A DNA stretch of 64,000 nt from Myxococcota bacterium (lineage in GTDB: Bacteria; Myxococcota_A; Polyangia; Polyangiales; Houyiibacteriaceae): the NCBI GenBank assembly GCA_039030515.1, contig JBCCEA010000013.1, forward strand, positions 1 through 64,000, in the 5' to 3' direction. The notes under the pieces were generated by a model. That model did no database searches and was not told the origin of the DNA. It saw nothing but the letters and a program-made list of their open reading frames with translations. How positions within the stretch are numbered: position 1 is the first letter of the stretch; each line of letters starts with the position of its first letter. Both the position numbers and the translations under genes were made by a program. Positions 17,353 to 27,971 of the stretch are shown in pieces.

Positions 17353-18572
17353 CAGTGCGTTCCTGCGGCCGGCGGTTCTGTCGCCTTGAGCTGCTTCCGA
17401 ACGTTGTCGAGGTCTTTGTCGCCGCGGCCCGAGCAACAGACGAGGAGATGGGAACCTGGCCCGTATTCCCGCTTGGCGTTCTCAAGATAGGCAAACGCAT
17501 GGCTGGTTTCCAGCGCCGCAAGGATTCCCTCCATTCTGCAGAGGTGTTGAAACGCATCCAGAGCCTCTTGGTCGGTGACCGCAACGTACTTGGCGCGTCC
17601 CGAGTCGCGAAGATGGGCGTGTTCGGGCCCTACTCCTGGATAGTCGAGTCCAGCGCTCACCGAATGTGCCTCTTCGATCTGACCGTCTTCGTTTTGGAGG
17701 ACGTAACTGCGCGCACCATGCAAAACACCCACCGTTCCTGCTGAAAGGGGAGCTGCATGTTTGCCGGTTTCGATGCCGCATCCGGCGGCTTCAACGCCTA
17801 CGAGTTCCACCTCTTTATCGTCCAGAAAACCAGCAAAGATCCCCATGGCATTGCTTCCACCGCCCACGCAGGCGATCACCGCGCTCGGAAGACAATTTGC
17901 CTGTGCCATGATTTGCTTTCTCGCCTCATGTCCGATGACGGATTGGAAGTCCTTGACGAGTGACGGGTAGGGATGAGGGCCGGCCACAGAGCCTACGCAG
18001 TAGGCGGTGGTTTCCACGTGGGTCACCCAATGCCTTAGCGCCTCATTCATCGCATCCTTCAAGGTGCGTGACCCCGATTCGACTGCGATTACCTCGGCGC
18101 CCATCAGCTCCATGCGGTGCACGTTGGGCATTTGACGACGTACGTCTTCAGCCCCCATGAAGACCGCACACGGCAAATTCAGAAGCGCGCATGCGGTAGC
18201 TGTAGCGACCCCGTGTTGGCCGGCACCGGTTTCAGCTATCACGCGTTTCTTGCCCATCCGTTTTGCAAGCAGAACCTGGCCCAAAGTGTTGTTCACCTTA
18301 TGCGCACCGGTGTGGCAGAGATCCTCCCGTTTGAGCCATATATGGACCCCTAGCTGTTCGGAGAGGCGGGCCGCTCGATACAGAGGCGTAGGTCTTCCGA
18401 CGAAGTCTCGCAGCAAAGCCTGTAAGTCATTCTGAAACCCCGGATCTTCCCGCACGGCCAGCCAAGACTGCTCTAGTTCGGTCAGGGCGGGCATCAGTGT
18501 TTCCGCAACGTACTGGCCTCCGAATATTCCAAATCGTCCCGAGGAACTGGGTATGTGTTCAGATTTTATCAT
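17352..18572 (-). CDS. trpB: Tryptophan synthase beta subunit
   Basis: [58 protein letters not shown]. Confidence 0.99.
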   Translation of the reverse strand: MIKSEHIPSSSGRFGIFGGQYVAETLMPALTELEQSWLAVREDPGFQNDLQALLRDFVGRPTPLYRAARLSEQLGVHIWLKREDLCHTGAHKVNNTLGQVLLAKRMGKKRVIAETGAGQHGVATATACALLNLPCAVFMGAEDVRRQMPNVHRMELMGAEVIAVESGSRTLKDAMNEALRHWVTHVETTAYCVGSVAGPHPYPSLVKDFQSVIGHEARKQIMAQANCLPSAVIACVGGGSNAMGIFAGFLDDKEVELVGVEAAGCGIETGKHAAPLSAGTVGVLHGARSYVLQNEDGQIEEAHSVSAGLDYPGVGPEHAHLRDSGRAKYVAVTDQEALDAFQHLCRMEGILAALETSHAFAYLENAKREYGPGSHLLVCCSGRGDKDLDNVRKQLKATEPPAAGTH

Positions 18573-19219
18573 GGTCTTATTGAACGATGATCACGGTCTG
18601 CTTCGCGCACTGCCGTAATGAACCGCTGCAGAGCCTTAGGGTCTTTCTGCCCTGGGGTCGACTCCACTCCGCTCGCCACGTCGACCCGATGGGGTCGGGC
18701 GACGCGAATGGCTTCAGCCACGTTCTCCGGGTTCAGACCACCCGCGATCGTGATCTTCTTGGCCATATTTTTCTCTCTGCCGATCCCACCTGCGATCGAC
18801 CAGTCAAAGGTGCAACCCGTACCGCCGGGGCCCTGAGGAGCATAAGCGTCCAGCAGAATCTGCGCTCCGGCAAACCTCTGCACTTCCTGCAGGGTTTCGA
18901 GGCCTTTGACTCGGAGGGCCTTGTAAGCTTTGGGCAGTAACGCCTTCAGTTGCTCAGGAGGTTCATCGCCGTGCAGCTGCGCAAACTCGATACCGGTAAC
19001 TCTTAGTAGATTTTGGATTTCATCGACGCCAGCATCGACAAAGATGCCCACTGTCTCGACTTTTGACCCGATGGCCGCCACGATCTCCGATGCCCGCTCC
19101 GCGTCGCAGTACCGCTTAGAGTGCTGCCAGAAATTGATCCCGATGGAGTCGACTCCCATGGATGCGCAGAGCTGCGCGCATGCTACTGACCGCACTCCGC
19201 AGACCTTGATCTGAGTCAC
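18569..19219 (-). CDS. trpF: Phosphoribosylanthranilate isomerase
   Basis: [41 protein letters not shown]; likely GTG start at 19219. Confidence 0.96.
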   Translation of the reverse strand: MTQIKVCGVRSVACAQLCASMGVDSIGINFWQHSKRYCDAERASEIVAAIGSKVETVGIFVDAGVDEIQNLLRVTGIEFAQLHGDEPPEQLKALLPKAYKALRVKGLETLQEVQRFAGAQILLDAYAPQGPGGTGCTFDWSIAGGIGREKNMAKKITIAGGLNPENVAEAIRVARPHRVDVASGVESTPGQKDPKALQRFITAVREADRDHRSIRP

Positions 19220-19350
19220 CCCTCGGATGTAGCAGCCGCAGTGCCCGCTGTCTCCAACTCCCGCGCCCGTCGTCACCAATATCGATGCATCTACGGGAAG
19301 GGGGGCCGCTTCAGGGCTGGACCCATGCAGTCAAGGTGGAACTGCCGAAG

Positions 19351-19752
19351 TTACGGAGAGGTGCTCTCAGACACCATCCCTAAAAGCTGCCTCACCGTTG
19401 CGATCACCTTCGGCGCTTGAATCGGCTTGGTGATGTATTCGTTTGCACCAAGAGACATCGCCCGGTCACGATCTTCTTGGGAACCCTCTGTCGTGATGAC
19501 GACCACCGGAACATCCTTGTAGTTGTCGTCGCTCCGAATGCGCTTTACCAACTTCAGGCCGTCCATGATCGGCATATTGATGTCGGTGATGATTAAATCG
19601 TAGCGGTTTTCGGCAAGTTTCTTTAGACCGTCGACCCCGTCTTCAGCCTCGGTAACTTCCAAGTCCTTGATGCGATGGAGTGCAAACACCAATAGCTGAC
19701 GCATCATCGCAGAATCCTCGACCACCAGACATGATTTGTTGGGCTCGGACAT
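19351..19752 (-). CDS. cheY: Single-domain CheY-like response regulator
   Basis: LVVEDS..TDINMPIMDG..TTEG..ITKP; last gene of the chemosensory run. Confidence 0.88.
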   Translation of the reverse strand: MSEPNKSCLVVEDSAMMRQLLVFALHRIKDLEVTEAEDGVDGLKKLAENRYDLIITDINMPIMDGLKLVKRIRSDDNYKDVPVVVITTEGSQEDRDRAMSLGANEYITKPIQAPKVIATVRQLLGMVSESTSP

Positions 19753-19753
19753 C

Positions 19754-20599
19754 TCAGAGCTTCTCTGCAATGCCCGCGAGGGCGGTTAAGGGACCATGGG
19801 TGCGGCTGTAGAGGTTCGCTGCGATGAGCGCCATACCTGCTTGAGCGCCCAGCAGGCTGAACAGTTCCTCATCTACCTTTGCCCATCCACTTTTTTGTTC
19901 GAGAAGTCGCCAGATCGCGATGGCTCCCACCGGGCGTCCATCGGCGAGTAAAGGCACAACGGCCAGCGGATCCTCGTCGCCCTCCGGGCTCATGTCCGCA
20001 CTCGAACGTATGCGGGAGACCCCGGTCAGGCATGACTCGCCGATCGGGCCGGTGCCTAGGGCGACCGGTAGAACCTCTTCGTTGGCGAAGCCATCCCAGC
20101 CGATGGGTATGATTTGGCTCTCTTCCGGATCTACTGCGTAGATCACAAATTTTTCTGCGCCTACAAGCTGCCCGAGGGTGTCATGCAGGTGACGTATCAC
20201 GCGACGCACCGACAAGCTGGTGTGTAGCTGATGGCTTGCAACGTAAAGGTTGGCCAGATCATTCAGTTCTCGCTCAATCGAATCCGCTCGGTGGTCGCGA
20301 TGAGCGCGACTGGCCTCAAGCTGCTCAGAACGACTCAACAACTGGCGCTTTTCACCCTCCAGTCGTTCGATCGTTTGAAGGAGTTCGCGCATGGCCTCAT
20401 CGCTCCGGACCTGAGTGAGCAGTTGAGCGCTATGATCACGGGCTCGGATAAGTTCGTCGCGTAGTTCTTGGTTCTCCCGAAGGAGCTCCTCGGTAAGTTC
20501 AACACCCTTTCGCAGGAACGTGCGCACAAACTGTTCACGCTCTGCCAGAAGGTCTACCGGTGCGTCGCTCGCCCGCTCCCCTTCATCCGAATCCGTCAT
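19754..20599 (-). CDS. Coiled-coil + GAF domain protein with no output domain
   Basis: N-terminal heptad-rich E/L/R segment; GAF-like GPIGESCLTG..LAVVPLLADGRPVGAIAI..ELFSLLGAQAGMAL. Confidence 0.8.
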   Translation of the reverse strand: MTDSDEGERASDAPVDLLAEREQFVRTFLRKGVELTEELLRENQELRDELIRARDHSAQLLTQVRSDEAMRELLQTIERLEGEKRQLLSRSEQLEASRAHRDHRADSIERELNDLANLYVASHQLHTSLSVRRVIRHLHDTLGQLVGAEKFVIYAVDPEESQIIPIGWDGFANEEVLPVALGTGPIGESCLTGVSRIRSSADMSPEGDEDPLAVVPLLADGRPVGAIAIWRLLEQKSGWAKVDEELFSLLGAQAGMALIAANLYSRTHGPLTALAGIAEKL

Positions 20600-20670
20600 T
20601 CCTTAAAAGGGTAACCCAGCGAGACTCATCAGTGCGGGTTTTTCTGCATGTCTATGTTCGAGCGAGCGAT

Positions 20671-21723
20671 CTACTTTGAGGAGATCGCCGCGAGCGTGCT
20701 TGCAAGCTTGGGAAGGGGCAAACTTTCGTCGACAGCTCCAGTGCGGAATGCAGAACCCGGCATTCCATAGATCACCGCGGTGTCAGGGGACTCCGCCAAC
20801 ACCTGACCGCCTGCTGCCTTGACCAGACTCACCCCTTGTGCGCCGTCGTCTCCCATTCCGGTGAGCACGACCGCGACGATTCGCGCACCGAGCACCCGAG
20901 CGCCGCTCGCGAAGAGACGGTCGGCCGAGGGTACATATCGATCGCACTCCTCAGGAGTGACGACGCGTACGACAAATCGGCCGTACTTCTCCTCAACCTC
21001 CACGCAGTGGCCCCCCGGACACACGTACGCGGCTCCGGCGACCAGCGGTGCCCCGTCCTTCGCTTCTTCAAAGTGCATACCTCCCAGTCGATCCAGTCGG
21101 TCTGCGAAGGTGCGGGTAAAGCGTTCCGGCATGTGCTGTGCGATGACTGCAGCGCAGGTCGAGTCTGAACCGATCTTAGAGAACAGCTCCAGCAGGGCCG
21201 AAGGACCACCTGTGGACGAGGCGATGAGAATTATTTTCGAGGGAACTTCGTTGCTGACCGGTCTTCTAGAGCTCCTTTGCTCGTGGACCTGCGGGGACTC
21301 AGATGTTTCGCGTAAGAGTCCGGCTGGGGAAAGATGCCGCACGAGCCGGACCTTTTCGGTGAGTTGCTTGATGACACCACCAAGTTTGGTAGACGCCGAA
21401 CGCTCTGGTTTGGCGACGAAATCGATCGCTCCTAACTCGAGCGCTCGGAACACCTTTTCTTTGGTGGAATAGCCGGAGACTACGATTACCGGGGTAGGGC
21501 GTCGTGCCATCAGTAGCCGCAGGAAGGTGAACCCATCCATTCTAGGCATCTCAAGGTCCAACGTGATGAGGTCAGGCGTGAGCTCAGAAACCAGTCGGAG
21601 CGCTTCATCACCATCACTTGCTCTACCTACTACCTCGACGCCTTGAACGTTGGCCAGGGCCTGTGCGATGGCGCGGCGGTTGAAAGCAGAGTCGTCGACG
21701 ACCAGTGTACGGATTGACTTCAC
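20671..21723 (-). CDS. cheB: Chemotaxis methylesterase CheB (REC + esterase)
   Basis: VVDDSAF, LDLEMPRMDG; catalytic motifs ASSTGGP, QHMP, LTGMGDDGA. Confidence 0.96.
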   Translation of the reverse strand: MKSIRTLVVDDSAFNRRAIAQALANVQGVEVVGRASDGDEALRLVSELTPDLITLDLEMPRMDGFTFLRLLMARRPTPVIVVSGYSTKEKVFRALELGAIDFVAKPERSASTKLGGVIKQLTEKVRLVRHLSPAGLLRETSESPQVHEQRSSRRPVSNEVPSKIILIASSTGGPSALLELFSKIGSDSTCAAVIAQHMPERFTRTFADRLDRLGGMHFEEAKDGAPLVAGAAYVCPGGHCVEVEEKYGRFVVRVVTPEECDRYVPSADRLFASGARVLGARIVAVVLTGMGDDGAQGVSLVKAAGGQVLAESPDTAVIYGMPGSAFRTGAVDESLPLPKLASTLAAISSK

Positions 21724-22658
21724 TTCGTTCTGCCTCCGCTGGTTGTCTCGACCCTTTTGTACTGTGCGTTTTTGCCGTTGTGAAGAGGGTCGTCGCTTCG
21801 CGAGTGTGATGGCTTGCGGTACACGAGGTCGCTACTGAGATGCAGCAACTCAAAAGATGTCGAAAAATTGAGGAGAGACTCGCTATGCCCGAGAAGAAGG
21901 CATCCCCCCCGCACCAGCCGCTCGTAGAAGCTCTCGATCACTTTTTTTCGAGAGTCTGAATCGAAATAGATCAGTACATTTCTGCAAAAGATGGCGTGAA
22001 CCTGTCCGACGATAGCCGCTCGATTGACGTCCATCAGGTTTAGGTGGCCAAAATGACACATCGATCGAATGCGCGGATGCACGGATCTCTTCCCATCCGC
22101 CTCCTCGATAAGCCATCGGTCAAAACGCTTCGGCATGGCGCGAAAGCTACCAGGGCCGTAGCGGGCCTGGCGGGCGACGTTGAGAACTCGTCGGCTGATG
22201 TCGTTGCCAAAAATACGGACGTCCCAACCTTCGAACAGCTCAGAATCAGCAACGATCATCGCCAGAGTGTAGACCTCCTCACCGGTCGAGCATCCTGCGC
22301 TCCAAAGCGCCAATCGCCGATTCGACTCTCGGGAGCATTGTTCATGGATGCTCGGGAGCAGTTCTTTTTCAAAGGCGCGTAGCTGATAGTCTTCGCGGAA
22401 AAAATAGGTTTCATTGGTCGTGAGGATATCGACAGCTCGCTCAAGTTCGGCTCGTGCGTCGACCTCATAACGCAGATAGCGATAGTACTCGGTGAAGTCC
22501 GTTATAGACAGCGCGGAAAGACGTTCTCGCAGTCGACGCTCGACGAGGTAGCAAGCATCGTCACCGAAGCTGATCCCGCAGAAGTCGCTTATCAAATCCC
22601 GGATAAGGCGGAAATCCTCGTAACCTAGCGGTGGCCCTCGGTCGTAGATCCGCGACAA
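21720..22658 (-). CDS. cheR: Chemotaxis methyltransferase CheR
   Basis: TTNETYFFRE, WSAGCSTGEEVYT, IFCRNVLIYFD, LGHSES. Confidence 0.97.
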   Translation of the reverse strand: MSRIYDRGPPLGYEDFRLIRDLISDFCGISFGDDACYLVERRLRERLSALSITDFTEYYRYLRYEVDARAELERAVDILTTNETYFFREDYQLRAFEKELLPSIHEQCSRESNRRLALWSAGCSTGEEVYTLAMIVADSELFEGWDVRIFGNDISRRVLNVARQARYGPGSFRAMPKRFDRWLIEEADGKRSVHPRIRSMCHFGHLNLMDVNRAAIVGQVHAIFCRNVLIYFDSDSRKKVIESFYERLVRGGCLLLGHSESLLNFSTSFELLHLSSDLVYRKPSHSRSDDPLHNGKNAQYKRVETTSGGRTK

Positions 22659-22661
22659 AAC

Positions 22662-24707
22662 TCAGAGCCCCCCTCTTGATCGCAGTGCGTCTTCAATCGC
22701 GGAGCGAACGAGTTCGTCGGTTTCCTCTGACCTTCGTCGGCGCAGTGCATCTGTTGCGGCAACGTCCGATACCCGACCGAGAAAACGCGCTGCGTGCATC
22801 CGGACGTCCCACGCGCGGTGCTCTAATGCCCCCAGAAAGGTTTCGAGTGTTCTTGGTGGCTGAAGTTGGAATGTGATGTGGAGCGCCTGCTTGACCACTT
22901 CGTTGTCTGCGTGTCGGAGTGCTTTTTCGAGTACTTCTGTGAGTCCCTGAGCCTCCATACGGTGCAATCCATCGAGAGCGGCCAGGGCGACGCCCGGGCT
23001 GGTACTTCCTACAAGAGACTTGAGCGGCTTGATGGCCCTGACATCTCCTAGCGTGCCAAGAGCTCTTGCAGCTGCAGCTTGAACAGCGGGATGTTCCGAC
23101 GGAAGCGTGGCCAAGAGTGCATCGGTTGCGACAGCTCTGCCCTCACCGTTCGGAAACCGGGAGAGCGCGACTGATGCAGAAACTTGCACCTCAATATCTT
23201 CATCCGTCAGCGCCAAGGCTATTGCCTCTGCACTTCGGTCGTCGGCAAGCACCGCAAGGCCGTGAACGGCTTCTCGCCGAGTATTCGGGTTTGCAGACGC
23301 CAAGGCCGCGGAAAGTATGTCGTAGGCGCGCTCTCCTCCAAGTTCCGCAACGACCGAAGGAAAAGAGCGTCCAGAACTGTGAAACCTATCAAGAGCGTAT
23401 TCGACCGACTGGGGCTCACTCGAAGCGAGTGAGCGCAGGAGGGTAGCGCACGCCCTTTGAATCTCGGGGTCGGAAGAGTCTGCCAGTTCTGAAATTCGAT
23501 TTGCGTCGGACGAGTCCGCCCACCAGGCAAGTCCGCGAAGTGCGCCAAGGGTCACCGGGTACGTGGTGGACGCCACTCCTGCTCGAAGAGCGCTCAAAAG
23601 TTCGCCGATTGAGTCTGTGGGAATCGGGATGTGCTCTTCTTTCCAATCCATCGCCAATTCTGCTGCCAACTCCAAGCCCACTCCCTGGGCGTTGCCGGAG
23701 GATTTGTGGGTCGCGTTCAGCAGAGGATTCAAAAGGTCTGGACCCCAGGCGCGAAGTTCAGACAGTGTTTCACTGGGAAGGGCGTCTCGCGCAGCCAAGG
23801 AAAGCAAGGCAGGAAGAACATCTTTGTCCCTCGAAATCAGCAGGACTCGTGCGGCTGCATGAGCTCGAAAGGGCTCCGTCGCAGAGTTGACGATGTTCTG
23901 GAGTCGCAATCGAGCGCTGGGGTGCAGGCTCCCGAGAGACTGCCGGATGCATGGGCTTAAGCTCGATTTGGCGTACAGTTGAGCCAGAGCCACCGCCGCT
24001 GCGCCACAACTGTGTACCGATGGGTCGTCGAGTGCCTGCACCAACTCCGGCACCGCTTCCTGGTGCTCGGTTCGACCCAGAATCTCGAGGGCAACCCGCT
24101 TGGTTATCGGGTCTTTCAGCAGCGGAGACACCTCTTGCCACGGCACTCTTGCTCCCAACTTGGCCAATCCACTTAGGGCTGCCATCCGGAGATAGGCGCT
24201 GTCTTTGTCGAGGCAGCGGCGCAGTGCATCTTCAGCCTCGTGACCTCCGATTAGGGCGAGAGCGTCGATGGCTGCTGCAACTTCGTTCGCGTCCTCCGTA
24301 GACGCGACCTCGCGCAGCTGGGGCACCGCTGCTGGATCCGCGGTGAATCCAATGGCGTTGATGATGAACTTTCGCGACGTACTACGATTCTTCTCCAGAG
24401 TCTCGAGCAGCGCCGCCGTCGATTGAGCGCCCAGATTTCCCAACACTTCGATGGCCGCGTTACGCAAAGCTACGTTCTCGCCCTGAACGACAGATTCGAC
24501 TAGTCGAGCGACGAGGCCACCGCGCTTCGAGCTTTCGGTTGCCACCCGGATCGCTTCTTTACGCACTCGCCAATCCACGTCGCCGAGTGCAATCAAGATC
24601 ACGTTTAGGGCTTGCTCTGGATCCACGTCCGTAATGGCGGCAACCATTCTGCGTCTTGTTTCAGGGTCCGCACTTTGTAGTGCTGCTGGGACGCCAATAG
24701 AGTTCAT
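22662..24707 (-). CDS. HEAT / PBS-lyase repeat protein
   Basis: Repeated L.D....VR..A...L units (DVDWRVRKEAI, DEDIEVQVSA, AWDVRMHAARFLG). Confidence 0.9.
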   Translation of the reverse strand: MNSIGVPAALQSADPETRRRMVAAITDVDPEQALNVILIALGDVDWRVRKEAIRVATESSKRGGLVARLVESVVQGENVALRNAAIEVLGNLGAQSTAALLETLEKNRSTSRKFIINAIGFTADPAAVPQLREVASTEDANEVAAAIDALALIGGHEAEDALRRCLDKDSAYLRMAALSGLAKLGARVPWQEVSPLLKDPITKRVALEILGRTEHQEAVPELVQALDDPSVHSCGAAAVALAQLYAKSSLSPCIRQSLGSLHPSARLRLQNIVNSATEPFRAHAAARVLLISRDKDVLPALLSLAARDALPSETLSELRAWGPDLLNPLLNATHKSSGNAQGVGLELAAELAMDWKEEHIPIPTDSIGELLSALRAGVASTTYPVTLGALRGLAWWADSSDANRISELADSSDPEIQRACATLLRSLASSEPQSVEYALDRFHSSGRSFPSVVAELGGERAYDILSAALASANPNTRREAVHGLAVLADDRSAEAIALALTDEDIEVQVSASVALSRFPNGEGRAVATDALLATLPSEHPAVQAAAARALGTLGDVRAIKPLKSLVGSTSPGVALAALDGLHRMEAQGLTEVLEKALRHADNEVVKQALHITFQLQPPRTLETFLGALEHRAWDVRMHAARFLGRVSDVAATDALRRRRSEETDELVRSAIEDALRSRGGL

Positions 24708-25255
24708 TCAATACGCCCTTGTTCGCGGATGGTTGTCGAATCGTCGCGCTCCCGATTTGCTCGGTGAGCGATTTCGGCAAGGTCCAGCGTCGCGGTAGGT
24801 TCGACGACCTGGTCTACATCGATAACGAATACGAGAGAGCCTTGATGTGCATACACCGCTTCTATCCCTCGGCTGGAGGTGGATTCGTTCCAACGAGGAA
24901 CCTCTCGTCTCCCACTTGGCTCTGCTCCGAATACGTCGGTGACCGAGTCTACGACTAGGCAGACCGCTCGCTCCTGCGACTGAACGATTAGCCACTTTGT
25001 TTTGTGTGTTCTTTTCGAAGCGTCCAACCCCAGCCTCCGGCGCATGTCTAGGACCGGTACGACCTCGCCGCGGTGGTCAGACACTCCTAAAATCACCTCC
25101 GGTGCATACGGAACAGGAACGATTTCTAAAGGATTGATAATTTCACGTACTCTGAGGATTCGCACCGCATATCGAACGCCGTCGATTCTGAATCCCACGA
25201 GATTTTTAGAGCGATCCGCACGCTTCCTGCTGGGTTCCACATCCATAGCGTTCAC
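24704..25255 (-). CDS. cheW: CheW adaptor
   Basis: LVGFRI..YAVRILRVREII..VPVPYAPEVILGVSDHRGEVVPVLDMR..LVVDSV. Confidence 0.92.
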   Translation of the reverse strand: MNAMDVEPSRKRADRSKNLVGFRIDGVRYAVRILRVREIINPLEIVPVPYAPEVILGVSDHRGEVVPVLDMRRRLGLDASKRTHKTKWLIVQSQERAVCLVVDSVTDVFGAEPSGRREVPRWNESTSSRGIEAVYAHQGSLVFVIDVDQVVEPTATLDLAEIAHRANRERDDSTTIREQGRIE

Positions 25256-25806
25256 CGTTTCAGCAGAGGAGTCGGGTCGAGGAGAATAAGGAGTTCCTCC
25301 TCATCGAGGTTTGACTGAGCGTTCCGCCTATCGCTGTAGCCTCGGGTCGTCGACGGCCTGCCGATCCCGGTGACGTAGTCTGCCAACTCGCCACTTACGG
25401 CAGCTGAGTATTCGATTTCTTCTTCGTGCAGACGATAAACTGAAAGCACTCTATCGACGAGTAGCCCCAGTACTTCACCGTGCCCGTTGTCTACCAAGAG
25501 TATGCGGGTCGAGTGAGTCGCGGCCGGGGCCGGTAGCTTGAGTCGTTTGCGCAGGTCGATAACGGTGGTGATTCGACCTCGAACGGAGATGATTCCGAGT
25601 ATGTGAGAAGGTGCTCGAGGGACCGCTGTAGTGGGCGTGTGCTTGACGATCTCCCGAATGCTGGAGAGAGGCAGCGCGTAGCTTGCTTCCGCAAGTCCAA
25701 GTCCGAGAAATTCCTGGCGTTGACCCTGAGAAGTTTCGCTTTCCTCGGCCGATGCTGCCAGATGGACGGGCAGGTTCGGATGATGGTCGGAGGTTGTGTC
25801 GCTCAT
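25252..25806 (-). CDS. cheW: CheW adaptor (second copy)
   Basis: YALPLSSIREI..VPRAPSHILGIISVRGRITTVIDLR..GLLVDRV; ATG 25806 overlaps the cheA stop. Confidence 0.92.
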   Translation of the reverse strand: MSDTTSDHHPNLPVHLAASAEESETSQGQRQEFLGLGLAEASYALPLSSIREIVKHTPTTAVPRAPSHILGIISVRGRITTVIDLRKRLKLPAPAATHSTRILLVDNGHGEVLGLLVDRVLSVYRLHEEEIEYSAAVSGELADYVTGIGRPSTTRGYSDRRNAQSNLDEEELLILLDPTPLLKR

Positions 25807-27971
25807 AAGGTCGCTTCCAATGCGGCTGAAAATTCGACAGGAGAGAGCACCTCTTCCAGCAATCCAGGAGCATCTAGCACCAGTGCAACTCGTTGGTCGC
25901 CAAGGTCGGTAGCCCCGGCAAAACCTCGCACGTCGGAAAGGCTCTGACCCAAGGATTTGATCACGATGTCCTGTTGGCCCTCCAAGGAATCGACCACGAA
26001 ACCGACGCGTCGAGTTCCGAGAGAGGAGACCACCACAAACCTCTTCGCCCAACGCTCCTTGCGCTCAAGACCGAATAGCTGGTCGAGCCGGCAAAGAGGA
26101 AGGGTCGCGCCTCGCAGCGTGATCACCTCTCGCCCCTGGACCAACCGTATCGACTCCGGATCCAGCGCAATCGCTTCTTGAACGCTGGTAAGTGGAATCG
26201 CGAACGTGCGTTCAGAGACTCGGGTCAACAGCGCACTGATGATCGCTAAAGTGATCGGCAGGGTGATCGTAAACTTGGTGCCTGTTCCCAGTTCGCTCTC
26301 GACGTCGATGATGCCTCCAAGTCGGCCGATATTGGTCTTCACGACGTCCATGCCGACGCCCCTGCCGCTCGTCTCGGTGATCGAAGCTCGGGTACTAAAT
26401 CCAGGGGCAAAGATGAGTCCAAATATCTCATCTCGGCTCATTTCTTCTCCCGTTTCCTCTGTGACCACGCCTTTCGCCACTGCGGATCTCAATAGAGCTT
26501 CTGGGTTCATGCCCGCACCGTCGTCTTCGACTTCAATAAGAACGTGATTGCCCTTTTGAAACGCGTTCAGTGCAAGAGTGCCAACGGGCGGCTTTTCTGA
26601 AAGTTCACGAACCTTGGGTGATTCGATTCCGTGATCGATTGCATTTCGAATGATGTGCATGAGCGGGTCGCTAAGCTCTTCCACGATCAGCTTGTCGACT
26701 TCGGTTTCAGAACCGGTGACTACGAGTTTGACTTTCTTTTCATGCTCGCGGGCAACCTGTCTCACGATGCGTGCAAGTTTATCGAATACCTGGCCTAGGG
26801 GCACCATACGAACGTCGAGAATGCCGGCCTGTAATTCCTCCAGCCTTCGCTCAAATCCGCGATTCACCCGGTGGAGTTCCATGGCGAGCTGACGCATCTC
26901 GAGGTGGCCACGCAACCGCTCTCCCACCTTCGTGACGGCACTGCGAACGATCGCCAGCTCGCCCACCACATTCATCAAATAGTCGAGCTTTGAGATATCG
27001 ACGCGAACCGTGTTTGCAACGGACCGCAGTGAGGTTTCGTTGCCCGATACGTGACTGAGCTGGATGTGCTCCTCCGAGAAGGAGTGAACCTCTGAAGGTG
27101 CGATCGGTACGGGCGGGATCGAGGTCTGGTAGCGCGGAGCCGAGGGCATCGCTGAGACGGGCGTCTCGGAACGAGGGTCTGGCGCGACACGACTAGGTGC
27201 TGCTGGCGTCGCTACGGGTGCATCTTCGTTCTTTTCAATCGGAAGGAGCTGAACGCCCTTGTCTCCAAACGTATCTTTTAGCTCGTCAATGGATGCACTG
27301 CTTGCGAAGAGGACGTCTAGATCGATGGTTTCGTCGATTCCTCCCCCCATACTAGGGAGGTAGGTAATGATCTCTGCGATAGGTTTTGCCCGCTGCTTGA
27401 GATCTTCTAGGGAGGAGTCGATAACGGCCAACTCAAAACGGACCCGCAGACGGTAAAGCGGTATTCCTTTGGATACGTTTGTACGCAGCCGATGCTCTTC
27501 ATACTCGGTGAGCACCGATAAAACGTTCGGGTCGAGCTCATAGTGTTCTAGGGGGTCGTTTGGGTCTCTTTGCGGAGACGAGACCCGTTCGATCGACTGT
27601 GCAAACTCCTCCAGGTTGACTTCTGCGGGTTCATTTGATTTTTTGGTTTCTGCAAGTAAGCGGTAGAAATTCTCTACTCCCTGAAAAAGCACGTCCAGCA
27701 CATCGGGGGTGAGATCAACTCGGCCGAGTCTCAGGTCGTCGAGCAGATCTTCAAGGGCATGCGCGATAGCCCCTACCTGGTGGTATCCGAACATCCCGGC
27801 GATGCCCTTCAGAGTGTGGACACCTCGAAAGACTTCGTTGACCAAGTCTGGTTCGACCCGGTTTTCCTTTTGCCCCTGGTCGAGCAAGAGAAGATCGCGC
27901 GAAAGCGATTCGACGATTTCTTGCGCTTCTGCGAGAAACTCCTCGCGAACCCCTTCGCCAGGTTCACTCAT
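25803..27971 (-). CDS. cheA: Chemotaxis histidine kinase CheA
   Basis: Hpt FRGVHTLKG; HIIRNAIDHGIE; DDGAGM; PGFST..SGRGVGMDVVK; C-terminal CheW domain. Confidence 0.98.
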   Translation of the reverse strand: MSEPGEGVREEFLAEAQEIVESLSRDLLLLDQGQKENRVEPDLVNEVFRGVHTLKGIAGMFGYHQVGAIAHALEDLLDDLRLGRVDLTPDVLDVLFQGVENFYRLLAETKKSNEPAEVNLEEFAQSIERVSSPQRDPNDPLEHYELDPNVLSVLTEYEEHRLRTNVSKGIPLYRLRVRFELAVIDSSLEDLKQRAKPIAEIITYLPSMGGGIDETIDLDVLFASSASIDELKDTFGDKGVQLLPIEKNEDAPVATPAAPSRVAPDPRSETPVSAMPSAPRYQTSIPPVPIAPSEVHSFSEEHIQLSHVSGNETSLRSVANTVRVDISKLDYLMNVVGELAIVRSAVTKVGERLRGHLEMRQLAMELHRVNRGFERRLEELQAGILDVRMVPLGQVFDKLARIVRQVAREHEKKVKLVVTGSETEVDKLIVEELSDPLMHIIRNAIDHGIESPKVRELSEKPPVGTLALNAFQKGNHVLIEVEDDGAGMNPEALLRSAVAKGVVTEETGEEMSRDEIFGLIFAPGFSTRASITETSGRGVGMDVVKTNIGRLGGIIDVESELGTGTKFTITLPITLAIISALLTRVSERTFAIPLTSVQEAIALDPESIRLVQGREVITLRGATLPLCRLDQLFGLERKERWAKRFVVVSSLGTRRVGFVVDSLEGQQDIVIKSLGQSLSDVRGFAGATDLGDQRVALVLDAPGLLEEVLSPVEFSAALEATL

